DNA of 64,000 nucleotides from an uncultured virus (IMG/VR IMGVR_UViG_3300017989_000070) (lineage: Duplodnaviria; Heunggongvirae; Uroviricota; Caudoviricetes), in IMG/VR virus record IMGVR_UViG_3300017989_000070. The stretch is one strand, 5' to 3'. The first letter of the stretch is position 1. The number at the start of each line of letters is the position of its first letter. Shown here piece after piece: positions 63,698 to 64,000 of this stretch. Under the pieces are notes generated by a model, which was not told the DNA's origin, made no database searches, and saw only the letters and a program-made list of their open reading frames with translations. A program made the translations under genes and the position numbers.

Positions 63698-64000
63698 ATG
63701 GCAGATGTGCCGGAAGAGAAGAGCTTTTTCAAGAAGACCAAGGTGCTCTACACCTTGCTCATCGTCGTGCTGGTCATGGGCGCGCTCATCGCGCTCGCGC
63801 TGACGGGGCGAGTCGAGGTCTCCAGCGAGCAGATCATCGGCTTCGGCGAGTGGGCGCTGGGGCTCCTGATCGGGGGCCACTCGGCCCAACGCGGGGTCGG
63901 CTACATCGCACAGGCTCTCGGTCGCCGGGCGCTGCCCGAACCCGCCCCCGCGAGCGTGCCCGAGCCGGAGCCCGAGCCGGAGGAGGAGCCGGAGGAGGAC
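63698..64000 (+). CDS. Holin-like two-TM membrane protein, 3'-partial
   Basis: GGAGG RBS; MADVPEEKSFFKKTKVLYTLLIVVLVMGALIALAL...WALGLLIGG; acidic PE tail; absent from the ORF track because it runs off the window. Confidence 0.55.
   Translation, partial: MADVPEEKSFFKKTKVLYTLLIVVLVMGALIALALTGRVEVSSEQIIGFGEWALGLLIGGHSAQRGVGYIAQALGRRALPEPAPASVPEPEPEPEEEPEED

Noticed and set aside
63940..64000. PEPEPE/EEPEE repeat at the window end
   Set aside because: Ordinary low-complexity protein tail

Overview
This is a high-GC, very gene-dense window with the architecture of a large bacteriophage or prophage-like element. Well over 100 short ORFs, many coupled by ATGA/TGATG overlaps, form three strand blocks (+ 1-12989, - 12991-25199, + 25525-62572). 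No capsid, terminase or tail genes were recognisable, and I saw no tRNA, rRNA or CRISPR array. A sigma70-region-4 protein of a family I associate with myxobacteria, and a DGDGD-repeat lipoprotein, suggest a Myxococcota host (inference). The standout is the first 13 kb: about seven ADP-ribosyltransferase-fold genes, two paralogous kinases, a GNAT, an amidase, a membrane-anchored clan-CD-like protease and C-terminally anchored membrane proteins. Seven of these proteins carry a short (R/K/H/A)-N-P tag, six of them at termini or domain junctions, which suggests a tagged, possibly virion-delivered host-modification arsenal. Repeated non-coding motifs define three promoter classes: sigma70-like (often leaderless), ECF-like TGTCAG-N16-GCGT, and sigma54-like modules with an upstream palindrome and an IHF-like site. 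There is also a dispersed hairpin repeat family. Other genes: tyrosine recombinase, ParB-like/wHTH protein, Rrf2 regulator, GGQ release-factor-like protein, ThyA-like enzyme, PLP enzyme, NDT-like enzyme, a stand-alone phosphorothioation-associated domain, SNF2 helicase, GHKL-HEXXH protein, DEDDh exonuclease and HU/IHF-like protein. All family calls are motif recognition by eye; no database search was run.
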